From NCBI RefSeq assembly GCF_947568905.1, contig NC_079168.1:37572001-37636000 (forward strand): a stretch of 64,000 nucleotides of DNA, given 5' to 3'. The DNA is from Ostrea edulis (lineage: Eukaryota). The translations under genes and the position numbers were made by a program. Of the stretch, positions 50,629-64,000 are shown in pieces. The notes beneath the pieces are model-generated. The model was not told where the DNA came from, did not search any database, and was given only the letters and a program-made list of their open reading frames with translations. Positions within the stretch are counted from its first letter, which is position 1, and each line of letters starts with the position of its first letter.

Positions 50629-53600
50629 CACAGTAACATAACATAAAACGATTGATAGCTTGTATACATGTCTCACTTCCATGTGAAATCATACTTCGTA
50701 TGTGCTTTAAGTAACGAGCCATTAGATAAAATGTTGGTGTAGCGATCACATGTCATAGGCATGTGCAAAATAACACATGTCAAAGACATGTGCAAAAGGA
50801 CTTTGCTTGGGTAGTATTATTTGTTTCTAAATTTCAATATTGACTCTTCTGTTCTTGTCAATCGGGGGGTATTAACCTCTTCTACGAAAAATAGAATGTG
50901 AAAGAAAACAGAGACAAGTAACACGGATTACAAATCAATTAAAGGATATAAGAGTACAATGGCAAGAATGGAGAAGCAGACGACATATAGGCGATCTGAC
51001 GCGAACTCATCACTTCTGGAGAATAGGTCGCGGAGTTCTAGCGACCTTGCCAATATATTGGTTTACCTGCGTCAACAAAAATATTTCATTGAGGAAGAGT
51101 GTTTGTAAACAACACTCCTTCATTGTTTTCATAACACAGCTTTGGTTTTTCGGAAATTCACCGATTTCTGTCATCAGCATAAACAAGATAATATTATGAC
51201 ACATAGAGTGACAGTGGAGTATACTTTCCTCCTACCAGGAAGAAATTGATTTATTATATCAAATACTTGTATCGTTTATTCTGATTTGATACACATATTT
51301 GCGTACATGTTGTAACATTCCATAACGATGTGGACTCCCGACTTCCGCCGCGGACGAACCGTCATATCCTTTCTATCAACCATGTATGGTGCAATGGTTA
51401 CAGGTTTTTAAGTACATTTTATCTACGTACAAATCCCACAGAGCACCTTTAGTACCACGCAAACAACTGCATATTCAAGTACCATTTACATGAGGAAAGT
51501 CACATCGACCCTCAATCTTGGTCACACAGTTGCGTGGTTCATAAGTAACGCTGGTTGCGCAATCAGGACACTGGGGAAAGAAGTATTTGTCTGAACGTTC
51601 ATGACGTGAAAGTAATTACAGTGTGGTTCCAAAACGTGTGTACACTGTTAACATCATAAAAACAAGGCAATCAGTCCGGAATAAAGACGAAATTGAACTT
51701 GGCAAGCACAGTGAACCGTGACACCAGAGCAGCTATGTCGTTTTACCTTGTAAACTCGATCGGTACATGAAATATCGCAGAATATGTTATCAAACACTCG
51801 AGACTGCAACGTTACGTTTTCTTAATTAGTTATGATCATGCAATAGTTTGGGGCCCAGGTGTTTGCTTGCTGAACGATGAGGTTCATCTACTGTACTCGA
51901 TTTTTTGGGTCTTCTTTCAACAATATGTATAAGAACAGGATATATGTTTATAAGCCGTACTTACAGACACTATAACATAAAGAGATGGGTTTAAACGTTT
52001 TGAGTCGGCAACAAAATAGCAATGGACCCAAAAATATCACAATGAAACCCTGACGTAGCCAGTGTATCACGGTAGATATAGGCCTAGTCACCCACTGTAC
52101 AATCCTGAAATAATTGGTACATAAGTATTCAAAGAATTATATTGCATCGTCATCCAAATGCTTCCCTGCGGGTTGCGGGCTTACTTAGAACTAAGTCCAA
52201 TTTCACATTGAAAGACCCACAACTGCCTCCTGAACAAAAAGATTATCTTTACTTCTCTGTCCATTGTACTTCCTTTGGATCTTATTATGTTGTTTCTTTG
52301 TTACACTTGTGGTATTTCAAGATTTCGGGGATCAGGGCATAGGATTCAGTTATTATTTTGAAGAAAAATATTATAGTAAACAACCAATTATAGAGATTCT
52401 ATTGTCTAGTACTAGCTAAATACCCCGATTGGCTTCCAGACACTAATACATACGTCAGAAAAAGTTATTAAACTTTTCACCTACTTTAATTTTGTCTGAG
52501 AAAAAAACCATACACATTGCATGTAACGGTCAATATAGAATATTGAACTATGCAATGATTTAAATCTCTTTTTTGCCATCCGCGTGGTATACCCCAATTA
52601 TGTTTTTGGTGTCATGAACCGTCTCTGTCAATAGTTGCATTTCCGTGACTCTAAAGGATTTCAAGTTAAAGGTATCGAAAAATAAAGATTTGAAACCCTC
52701 TCCATTTGAAACCCTCTCCGCCAAATCTACACGATTAAGCATGCATGTAAACGTCTTTTAGGAAACCCGAATGTGTGACTATTAAGCTTTACCTACATCA
52801 TTCTGTCTTGTAAATTTCATGTCATTCTTGTTTTTCCCCGGACAACAAGGAACTTGGATGTAGGCGACAAGGCACCGAACACGTGTTTTTACATTTAGTG
52901 CTAGAAAATTGGGTTATTGTTAACGTTATCAAAGGCATTTTATAAAATCGGTAGGAAAACTCATTAACTGACTTATATCGATGAAAGCAATATGCATGGA
53001 TGAGAAACATTTACGTTTATCATCTTCGAACAATATGATTATGTAATTGGTTCCCACGTGCAATCAAAGAATTAATCAAGTGTTAGATCCATAATTTCAA
53101 AGACTATTTTCTAATTTTACTTTCTGACACGAAAAGCATTTCAACCGCAAAATAGTAAATATTTAATACGTATTCGAATCGTTGTTAATCGTACAATGCA
53201 ATACACCGCCGCAAACCAAACATCATCACAAATAGCCACAACATGCATTCAGAATTAGATTGGACGCATAACCCATGGCTTGTGACGAAAAAACACGTGA
53301 TAATCATATTTTGACCACCTCCAGCAGAAAAAAAAGTTTTCCATTTTGTATGACGTGGTAATCACGTGATCGGGTATTCGAATTCAGTATTAAGGAGAGT
53401 CTTGCTTTTCCCTACATGTTAATGATATCATTGTTGATAAACGCATACATAGGGAAAGTGCTCGAGTTTATTCCGTGATGCAAAGCGGGAATTTCCTCTG
53501 ACTAAAGCACTTGAGAACTTTGAACTTGTGCGGAACGACTCTTCACAAAACAATGCTTGTTCTCTCTTTACTGACACGTTGAGCTAGTTTTAATGAGAAC

Positions 53601-55898
53601 TTAATTAGAAAGGGAAATCGACATCTTATCATGGTCCCTACAAATATGATTAAAACTGGATGGAAGCCAAAATTAATCAAGTCCTCTGTTGTCAAGTGCA
53701 GCTATGATTCTGTACTTGTACTCGTTGTTTCTGAACAGTCGTCAGATTGAGATGGTTTTCAATATACTCGCAGTTTCTCATGGTACCCTGTGACTTGCTG
53801 AAGAGAATTTGTACTTCAACGACTTCCTTTATAGAAACAAAATCATTATCATATATTTGGTACATCTTTACACAAGAAAAGCAGCATTATATATAGACCA
53901 ATCTTTAAAAGTTTGAGTTTGCATTACCCCTGGACGGCATTTATTGGTGTGTAAACACTTACACTGAATTGCTCATGCCGAATGCATAAGGTCGTAGATA
54001 TCCAGGCATTTCTATTGTTTATAGTACCATGTAAATACTCAATACAGCCAGACCCCCGCAATCATACAAAGATCTAAGCTTTTCTCTAGTGCTCAGTCTA
54101 TTTCAAGGCGTTTTCACCCAATTATGTAAATTTTCATGCCAATACCCCAAGTCTTCACTTAACGCACCTGCTCAACATAATTGGTAAATGTAGGTACGTT
54201 TCTGCTGAATTTTGTGCATGTGTCTATATTCACAACTGCTGGTTCTAAACCCGAGATCATTAAGTTTACAACTGATTATAAAGATATAATTGTAAGAAAG
54301 ACCAGGTTCTCTACAAACGTTTAGCATAGTTGACAATTCTTTATCCACATTAAATCTAATATAAATAATAACAATTCTATCACATACACCTTTTATAGAT
54401 ATGATCAATTGAATTTGCTATACGTCGCGGTAATCAAATGTTGCCCGATACAATGTATCTCGTTAATTTTTATCTTTCATTCCATGTTATAGTCTTGGAA
54501 TATGATTACATGTTTTGTCATCTGTTGTGCGAAGAATCAATAACATAATAACTTCAAACGATAAAGACCACATGGTTCAACTCGAATTTGCCGGAAAAGC
54601 ATTCAACGAGGTATATAAATGTGCCCATCATATGTCGTCGGCAGATCACAATTGAAATCTGAAATAAAACTCAATCGACGGATCTCATCAATAATGCTTA
54701 CGGTCACGGTATGAAATATGCATAGAAGGCGCCCATGTTCCATATTGTCATTCCAGTGGGTGATCCCGGAATTCGAATCTCGTGTATACGGGGCTGTGAG
54801 TCAGTCAGTACAACGTATTGTCCTCGACCAAGCCCTGAACAACGCCCCGTCTTTGTGCGGCTGTTGGTAGTAAACACGAGGTACAAGTACATACATACCA
54901 AATGATAAAAAAAGAAGTCGTGCATCCGGAAATAAAATGGTTCTTTTGAGTCTCACTGAAGAGGATAATTTTCTAATGACACTCATTTTGAAAGTTCGTG
55001 CATGCGTAATATTTGTCTTTTTAACCGTAATTCAAGGTTGCGTACTGTGTTTCTTGATTTGGTGTTCGACAATGAGTTCATGTAGGACATTTTCCTAAAA
55101 TCGAGCAATCGCACACCGATTACTCGTGGCTCGATGCACCCCGACTTTTATCTTCCTCGCTGCTGTCAACAACCTGTGTGTAACTGGGCTTTTGAGAACA
55201 ATATGTTTAATTTGGTAAAAGAGGACTTGATCAAACACATCTGAGAGTCAGCGCACTGTCTTATGACATTGGTCAAGATGTCGGAGACACGTGCTATAGT
55301 GAGCGGCAAATAGTGGGAAACAAAAATATGCTTCAACAGGGATCTAACGAAACACTCTAATTTCAACAAGGTGACCGAATTTAAAAAAAATCTGACGATT
55401 AATGGGTTGATAAATAATCCTCCAATGGTCATGATGTGAGCTTCCGGTCAGTCATAACGGTTGCTTCCGAAGCTGATGACGTTGAACGCATTACTAAATG
55501 GGAATCGAGTAACAATATGGTCTCCAGAATGTATACAATGCAGAATTATAACACTATTAATAAAATCATCCGTCAATATTTAACCGCAACAATACAATAT
55601 TATGTAATGGTTCTCCTACATAGTAACTGGGATATAATGACTGTTCATTCAATAATATTTACGTCCGGTATAACGATGTGAATTGCTGGTTTATACGAAG
55701 CAATATCTCATGCCAAAGAGACTGTAAATCATTCAAAAATATACCATAATTCAAAGTTGTTATCTTGAATAGACGATGTTGTATTTACGCAATTGGTCGA
55801 AGATATTCAAGTCATACCGTTAGTTTGACGTCCGACAAATCAGAAACCGCTCATGTTTTAAACATTCTACAAAATGAATTCAAATATTGTAAAAAGTA

Positions 55899-55901
<3 letters not shown>

Positions 55902-55932
<31 letters not shown>
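55902..55932. repeat. Poly(A) tract (31 nt)
   Basis: Direct reading. Confidence 0.97.
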
Positions 55933-55934
<2 letters not shown>

Positions 55935-58900
55935 AAACAAAGACTGAAAAAATCTAGATTTTTTGGGATTAATTAACTTAAATTCAAAGTAACAAAAACT
56001 TTGCGGCATGTTGTATGTAAATGAAGCGCTCAAGGCAATGGATACATCATTTTCTATAACATTGGCTTTGTCTTGTGGAATAATAAGAAAAACGAATCAC
56101 ACACCATGAAAGAATAATAATCGGATACGATGTTTTTTCCCCCACACTCTGACGTGGAAATAAATGTTTCAGAAGCCTTTGGTGATGTTACGTCATGGAG
56201 ATGAATGCTGACGGTTTTTTTGTGTTCCTACGGAATGACGCTCACGAACATCTAAATAACACAATTGGTTATTAAATGATTTGCCAAATGGTCCCTTTAA
56301 ATTATTCCACACAACGAATGATAATGATGGAATAAATCCAGTTAGGATCAAATAAATAATTAAGAGATAAATCACTAAAAGTAGGTTATGTTGATTACAT
56401 ATTGCTTTTTCTAATTTCTTAAAATTCGATTGACACCAAGACTGTGTGCACTGTAAATTACTTATTAGCTAGTGCGTTCTTCATTGACAGGTGTCGGTAT
56501 TTTTTCCTTTTGAGTTTTAATTTTGAATTCCTGTATTTACTGAAGGACCTCAAGAGAGTTTTTGCACTAAGATGCTTCTAAATGTAGTATGGGAAATCAT
56601 TGCATGTAAGCTCTCTTTGCGGCAATGTGGGGATGTTTTGGTCCCTCGCTTTTCGGGTACCGAACAACACTACACAAGGGTGTCGAATCATGTAGCAAGA
56701 TGACTACCCTCAACACCTGTGCCTTCTCTGGCAGGTAATGGTCCTTGAAATTTATTATTTTACCTGATCTCTTTATTACCAGTGTATGCGATCTGGAGTG
56801 ATATAATTAATAAATTGATAAGAAAGTGAGAGGGTAACTATATGCCACCTTTCACCTACAAAGTCGCGGTCAAAATGGAACAAAAACTTAATTTGAGAGT
56901 ACTGTGGTGAAGTCGGTGCAAGGCGGCGCTCTGCGATCCAATTTAACTTCAACTCTGTACGAATTATTCTATTTTAAAATACTTTGAAGAATTTATGTAA
57001 ATGAATTAATTTTAACAACTAGGTACACCGAGAATTGTTTCAGAATTTACGGGTCATTTTCTTTGTTATATAAGTACACAACAAAAAGACTTATTACGAA
57101 AACGTCAATATCACAAGACTAAAGAGTCTACAAGTCACGTTTTTGTGTTTATTTTTAAAACAAGTTTTGACGGTACAAGTGGCATATATTTTGTCGATGC
57201 AGTAGAATAAATTACAATCGACTGACGTTCACAACGATTTTGCTTGTTTTGATACAAATTCACACAAAAGGTATCGATAAGTATTGGCAACTTCGAAAGA
57301 AAGCCATGTAAATCGCAATTTCGCTGACTAACGTTCAGGTAGTTTGGGACGTTATAGCACCATCACTTCCGGTGTTTCCACTATCCAAGTCCTCAGATTT
57401 CACCAAAAGTGACGATCGTCTCAAGTCAGCCCCCAGGAGTATGTGAAGTCTCTGAAATAGGAAATAAGTTCACCACTTATACAGACCACAACTAAAAGTA
57501 AAATAACGTAAATATTATGATGCTGTCGAAGCACTAATTATTTTAATTGTCCCCACAACAAAATCGTCTTTGTTCCCATACCACAATTTGTATGCGCATA
57601 TTTTCTGTAACTTTCACTTTCTATAATTCAATGCTGTCATTGTTTACTTTTTATGCGGGGGAAGCTCAATTTAAATTACATATAAATTTTGAAGATTTAC
57701 ACTTGTTATAACATTAGTGCAACTCTTCTAAAACTGTACTCCCATGAGAAAGTCCCCTTAGCGCGATAAAAGCAACAGGTTACACGTTGGAAATCACTTA
57801 ATTGGGTGGCAAGCCAGACTAAGTTGATTGTGCCTTATATCATCTGATACGAATGTTGAAATTAATAAAAACTCTTGTCACCATTAAAAGTCGGCATTGT
57901 CCAGATCTCTGTAATGAAAGTTGAATGAAGCGAAAAGTTCACGCTTCTAAGACTTGTTACAGTAATTGGATTGAAGATGAATAGAAAGGGCCTAGGTTGC
58001 GATGCCTGATCGACTCTCACGCTGGACAAAATTTTGCGAAAAAAAATCTTGACATTGCATAAGGTGTACGGTGTATCAGCACAAGAAACTTGACCAATTA
58101 TGATGGTCAGCGGGCAACATACGCCTTCTACATAATTACACAGCACATCAAACGCACCTTTACAAGTATTTAGTAACCTAAAAAATGGTCATTGTTGTCT
58201 TCAAGATAGAATTGAAAGCAGTCCAGGGGTCTCAGCACGTCTAATAACGGAGTTTTAAATACCTGACTTCCTTTGATGCCCCTGGGTGGACGGCCGGCAA
58301 AAGCCGCTATCATTTTCACGCATTCAGGCAAATGGACCGTTAATGAAATGTGGACGTCAAATTGAATGGCCCAAAGAAGCATTAGTTTCATCCTGTTCTT
58401 TTTGTGTGTTAACCTCATGGTTTCCACTCGTTTGTTTCAGATTAGATACGTATTGTGTTACAAAGAAGACCTTCAGTATGTATATTTGGTCACCTGGGAT
58501 TAAACTCTCACAAAATTCTCAGTTTTATAACAATACAGACGAGCGATTGACCGTACCTTGACTCAAGCAGAAGTGTTGGATTTCTGTTTGGAGGTTTAAA
58601 GAAGCATAAGGGAGTGTTGATGTTCTGCGTTCGCCAATTCTTGTCTAATCAATTTGACATTGCACAAAAACAATCACTTCGATGGAACAAGATATCCGAT
58701 ATAAAATGGAAGTCATAAACTTTGCTATATATACACTGTTTTATGGTTCTTCATTAAGGTCCCATATAATCAAAATCATACATGTACAGGTACACCCGTC
58801 TCACCATAGCCTAATGGGGAATCCGAGACGTATTCATAGTTACTGGAAGAAATAGTCGCTGTTTACCAGTCTTACAATCATTGTAGATTTAAGAAGGGTG

Positions 58901-59420
58901 TGCTCATCTAGAACTAGATACCCAGCTTCCTATAGCCGGTTCTTTTATGTTTCTTGGAGAAGCAAAGAAACAAAATACAAAAAAACAACAACACCAAAAC
59001 AACCCAATCAATTCAGTAAAAAGTAATAAACATGCCAAATACTCACATCGTTAATGTACATGTACACACTATACTGTATGGATGTGAGCGCGCATGGTAT
59101 TACAATAATTCATCTTCTATAAATCTTGCATCCTTGTACGATTTCTTGACAACAAACACGATAAAACATGGAACAAAGAGGAAACTGAAGTCGTAGACAT
59201 GACACTGCTTACAAACATTATCTATCAAAGTCTCCGGTATGACATTTGCCATGATACATCAATTTCAAAACCGCTAACGTTTCTGGGTCGACTTCACCTT
59301 CAAGCATGGTGTGAAATAACACTCTTCAGAAATAACCGTAAACGAGTTCAAATTAAACTAGGAAGAATTGTTTTAGCACCTGATGTCTCCCCTTCCATTT
59401 TCCAGTTTTAAAAACATTTT

Positions 59421-59712
59421 CGTTATAACGATCTAGTTCGTTAATACAACCTATCATTGGGTCAAATGCTGTCTGACGTGTATCATACCGATTGTTAGGC
59501 CGTTCTTGGTACACTGATTTTGATTACGGATAACTCCGTTTACCTGATCAGGATATAGGGCTCAAGGCGGGTGTGACCGGTCGACAGGGGATGTTTACTC
59601 CTCCCAAGCACCTGATCCCACCTCTGGTGTGTCCAGGGGTCCGTGTTTGCCCGACTATCTATTTTGTATTGCTTATAGGAGTTATGAGATTGTTCGTTAT
59701 CTTCAATTTTCC
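59421..59712 (+). mobile_element. 3' end of a Penelope-like/RT retroelement (ORF C-terminus plus 3'UTR)
   Basis: Reads RYNDLVR*YNLSLGQMLSDVYHTDC* (stop 59496-59498), followed by the ggcgggtgtgaccggtcgacagggg...cacctgatcccacctctgg tail I recall from abundant oyster RT elements. A second copy lies at 49588-49722. The clade assignment is uncertain. Confidence 0.7.
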
Positions 59713-59799
59713 TTTATGAATCATCCTTAAAGTGGAAAGTTAAGAGTTACGGTACATGACAGGCACCTACACGTGCATGTATATGTGCATCAACCAAGG

Positions 59800-60285
59800 A
59801 ACAGTGTTGTGAACATATGATAGTAAATCAAACTTACCAATATACCAAATATCAAAGGCCTATGTCAAAAGACAAAGAAGTTATGGTCCGTACAAAAAAA
59901 TGCCCCCCCCCCCATTCGATTATCTGACCTCTACACAAGAGGTCAAGGTTAAAGGTAATCAAAGGTAACGCGACAAACTGTCTTAACATAGTATACCCAC
60001 ATACCAAATGTCTATGTCAAAAGACGAAAAAATTATGGTCCGGACAACTCCCCCAAATCTATTATTTGACCTTTACATGAAAGGTCAAGGCCATTAAAAA
60101 GACACTGTCTTATCATACTAACATACCAAATACTTAAGTCAAAACACAAAACAAGTTACGGTCCGGACAAAAAAATAATGCCCCATTCTATTTTCCTATT
60201 ATTTGACTTTATATCAAAGGTCAAGGGTCATCAAAAATGGTACTCGACACACTGTACCCACATACCAAATATCAAAAAGTCTTTC
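59800..60285. repeat. About 3.3 diverged 120-160-bp monomers, pearl/BIV160-like core repeats
   Basis: Anchor ATACCAAAT at 59842, 60001, 60123 and 60262; recurring ttatggtccggac and tgacc...aaggtcaagg. Confidence 0.7.
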
Positions 60286-60314
60286 AAATGATAGACAATA
60301 ATCACTAACAATGA

Positions 60315-60628
60315 TTTTGGCCTCACCTTGGAATCTAAACCCTTACCCATGGGATCAAAATTTTTATAATTTTGGTAAAAGACTACCTACGTCTTCTAAA
60401 TATCTATTTAGTTGCAATTTAGTATCAATAGTATTTAAAGAAGATATAATTATTTTTTGAAATGTTTCACATATAAAAACTATATATACCAAGTTTGACT
60501 ACGCCCTGTAGTCAGAACCTCTACCCCAGGGATCATGAAATTTACAATTTTGGTAGAATCTACCCTGCTCTACATCACTATGCATTTAGTATATCTTATA
60601 CATGTACAGTTCTAGAGAAGATTTTTAA
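60315..60628. repeat. Two about 178-bp monomers resembling the oyster Cg170/HindIII satellite (Helentron central repeats)
   Basis: gggatcaaaatttttataattttggtaaa (about 60348) and gggatcatgaaatttacaattttggtaga (about 60529), each followed by ...gaagat; recalled similarity to Cg170. Confidence 0.7.
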
Positions 60629-60630
60629 CA

Positions 60631-60795
60631 TGGATGAGAGAACGGTTAAGAAACACCTAGCGACGCGACCTTGAGACAGACAGCAAGGAGATGGGGCGCG
60701 CCTAGAGACAGCCAGAGAGGGCAGCCCAGGACCGAGGACTCTGGTGGACTGTCGTCGACGGTCTATGCTTCGAGAGGAGCGATGGTCACAAGTAA
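60631..60795 (+). mobile_element. 5'-truncated RTE-clade LINE, extreme 3' end
   Basis: Frame from 60637 reads RERLRNT*RRDLETDSKEMGRA*RQPERAAQDRGLWWTVVDGLCFERSDGHK*, matching the RTE C-terminus pattern RGRPxxTWRRxxE...W..LE..AQDR..WR..V.GLC with two TGG>TAG changes. Confidence 0.85.
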
Positions 60796-60817
60796 CTGTC
60801 GTTTTCTAAAGAAAAAG

Positions 60818-60907
60818 AAACTTAATTAACGTGAAACAACCCTTTCCTATAATTATTAGAAAACTTAATTAACGTGAAACAACCCTTTCCTATTGTTATT
60901 AGAAAAC
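60818..60907. repeat. 43-bp tandem duplication
   Basis: AAACTTAATTAACGTGAAACAACCCTTTCCTAT(A/T)(A/G)TTATTAGA at 60818 and 60861. Confidence 0.93.
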
Positions 60908-63114
60908 CCACGGTTGATAGATGTGAAGGACTGACAAAACCTGTAAGTTGCTAGGTGTGAGTTTAGGTCTGCATCCCGAATTCTATGATTAATAAAACAC
61001 GCGTATAAAATTTCTTTAATATCTTCAATGATAGGAATATGGGTTCCCTGTGATAATTCATTATCATCTTGAATGATATAAACGTAGTCGGATTTCACCC
61101 GATGTTTCCGCATTATAGACACAATAATTCACTAAGTTTACATTGAAATCATTTTGAAAACTGGAGCTAATAAACTATGTTCGTGCGACACAAAATATCT
61201 ATTAACGTTTTAAAACAAACTCCGTGTTATTTTCATTCTATCTATCGCAATTCTTTCCTCCGGCACCTATACATGTACATATATGAGCCATTTTGAATTC
61301 AACAGAGATCTTAACATTACTCGGGCTGAAACTAGAATATCAGTAGGGGAATCTGCATGACGTCATGCGTCGTTTTGTCCTAAAGCCAGAATGAACCAGT
61401 GATGAACCCATCGAGAAGACCAATCTACCAAGGCCAAGTATCTCAGTTTTTGCTGCATTGTTAACAGCCATATTTACCCAAGTTCTGATTGGATAGTACT
61501 GTTTAACTATTTGATATTGTCAATTTTTTCCACTTGTCAATTTCGATCCAGCATGTTGACTATAAACTTGACGGTTTTGGACAATTATATAAATGTGAAC
61601 GACCGGGCATGATTTCTGGAGTATGTTGATCGACACTAATACATGTATTTTAATAATGCATGTGTAATTCGTTTACCTTTTACGGAAGCAAACACAGAAA
61701 CTGGACCACGTGCCTACTACTCACACCGTGAAGCATTTATTTCTTAAAGACGCCCTTTCCTGACGATCTGTCGTTATACGCCACAAAACTACTAACCAAT
61801 ATGTATGTGTTACTTTTGTATTCATTTTAAGTTATATAATAATTATATGTATATATCTATAATGTGAACATATTTAATTCAGCGACACGTTAATTGCAGA
61901 TGTCCTTCATGATTCTTCACACTTTTTATTAGAAATTTGTAAATACAAGTAGTTGTTTTTGGACGTCACAACAAAGGTCAAACCTAAATAGGTGAGCAAC
62001 AGATTATCACTGAGAGGAATCTCAACTGCATATATTGGAATGACGTCAACGCGAAGGTGATGTATTAAGAATACAGAATCATCGAAACAAGTCAACAATC
62101 GCCTTGAAATAGCCACCTGTTTGTGTTATAGAATACCGTTCATGTAAGGAGCTGATCAAATGATCTCTATATCGATCTAAAGAGAGCGCATCAGGTGCGA
62201 ATCCTCTGATACACATTGATATTAGAATCACGACGCTTCACGTCGCCGCGGAGATACTTGGTGTTATCAAGTGCAATCACATACCCAAGTTAAATAAGTC
62301 ATCATAATGAATTGTTCAATATTTGGCAACATTCTTTGAAATTACTCCATTTGAAAGATTTTCAGATTCGATAAATGCAAGAGCGCTGCTCATCTTTGCA
62401 ATTGTTGCTACGTCACAATGGAGGCGTGCCTGATCCTTATCCGGGCACTTTGCCGTATCCAGTGGTTCCGTAACGAGAATAAATTAAGTCGTAATTGTTT
62501 CTACTTATTCGATAATCAAACGATGGAAGTTTATATTCGTCTTTGTAGTTTATCGAAGTGATCGCCATGAAGATAAGTACCCACGATTTGGAGTCATCGG
62601 AAGGCTGCGACAAAGCGCGGTGTTGTTGGTGTGCTCATTGAAAGCCTTTGTTTCTGCTTGCACCTCTGACGTCTGACGTTTAGCGTGCCTTGGTTCTCTG
62701 TTTTAAGACTAGATCCTAAATTTAACTCCTTTTATCGCTCTATCTCAGTACAAAACGTTCAATCTCAAGATCTATCTGTGGAAAAAATCTACTACACACA
62801 TGTATTCTTAGGATTCTGTTTAAAAGGCATTCAGTTTAGAACCTCCATGTCGGAAAAGCTGACATTTTCCATTATGGCAATAGGTGTCCGTTCTCCAGTG
62901 ACATCTTAAAAATAAACGATGAATCATTAATTAAAAAATGTAAACAACATGGCACAATTACCTTTATTACGTTGACATGTGGAGATATAATGAACCGAGT
63001 GCCCCAAACAACCAAACCTGTCTACCATAGCATCGTATGTAGTATCTATCGTCTTGTTTAACTAGAACCCGATATTGATGGGTGATCTGTTCGATAGCGC
63101 CCTAAGTCTTGGGC

Positions 63115-63142
<28 letters not shown>
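63115..63142. repeat. Poly(A) tract (28 nt)
   Basis: Direct reading. Confidence 0.97.
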
Positions 63143-63145
<3 letters not shown>

Positions 63146-64000
63146 AAAAAAGGAAATTCGCATTTTCAACGTCAAAGAGCTAAAAGGGATGAGAGTGGTT
63201 ATTCTTTAGAGAAAGTTTTGGTGCATACAATTTCCAACTGCAAATACCCGAAGTGCTTGTTGACTCTCTATATGCAAAATAACATGAAGTTTGAATTTTC
63301 CCGACACGCCGAATGTTTACATTCTACCAATTATATAAAAGTTCTCAGAAATATCATATTCACGCAAATTAATCACTTGGTTATGCATTCCAGATTAGAA
63401 ATGTTTCATATTTCATCCTCCTTGCAGTTCTGAAGTACCTTCATACAAAGCGGCTGTTTATCAGTAGTCTATATAAATAAGAAACCGCCTAACAGAAAGG
63501 TAAAGTTCAGTCGTTCTCCGACAACGCAAAGGGAATGGATAGGTATATATAGGTATGCATACATTAAGAAACTAACAAAATCAACAAATACATGCTCTGT
63601 ATCACGCAAGAGGTGTTTACCAAGATAAAGAGAAGAAAAACCTGCACGATGTTGCAAACAGGCTAATATTTCAGACCTCGGGGTATCGCTATTTACATCT
63701 TTTTTGTTAAAATCTGTTGGAGCGAACAACGGAAAGAAAGCAGTATTTTTCTGGTATCATACAGCTTTCATAAATCTTTTCTTGCGCAATTCTTATTTCT
63801 TTCGTGGTGAACAAGAATCGTGAGACATTTTTTAAAATGCAAATTAAGCAAGGATGGTAAAGAAAAACGATTGCCTGCTAAATATATGTGCAATTCTTCA
63901 TCATTAGTGATAATTTGTACGTTACGCTTTGCAGATCATGCACATCAAATACTCATTTTGGGAATAAAAAAAAAGCTTCTTATCATTTTCAGGTCTAAAA

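Noticed and set aside
57330-57460. Possible minus-strand terminal exon (RLHILLGADLRRSSLLVKSEDLDSGNTGSDGAITSQTT*)
   Set aside because: It has a good acceptor but I found no upstream exons or homology; unsupported without RNA data.
62170-62210. GGTGCGAATCC as a tRNA B box
   Set aside because: It is mismatched, with no A box or cloverleaf.

Overview
AT-rich eukaryotic genomic DNA with two N gaps (11259-11393, 49980-50120). The repeat content (Cg170-like and pearl/BIV160-like monomers, a bivalve-type SINE) points to a bivalve, most likely an oyster; this is inferred from recalled repeat families, not from a database search. Only one gene is securely recognisable: a two-exon tristetraprolin-family gene (ZFP36L1/Tis11-like, 397 aa, + strand, CDS 33892-33951 joined to 34160-35293). 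It has tandem CCCH fingers, a C-terminal CNOT1-binding motif, a motif-rich promoter and intron, and an ARE-containing 3'UTR. The rest of the window is intergenic and full of mobile DNA: SINEs, tiny palindromic MITEs with clean 8- or 9-bp target-site duplications (TSDs), a large foldback element whose right arm has expanded into a 21-bp minisatellite, a 45/56-bp satellite, and RTE and Penelope-like 3' ends. The most novel-looking items are (1) a SINE family with a Deu-like core and a fixed, structured, non-tRNA 5' head that partly resembles an HDV/CPEB3-type ribozyme, and (2) the foldback element that records the birth of a minisatellite from its TIR subrepeats. All analysis was by eye; no CRISPR, rRNA or intact tRNA genes were seen.
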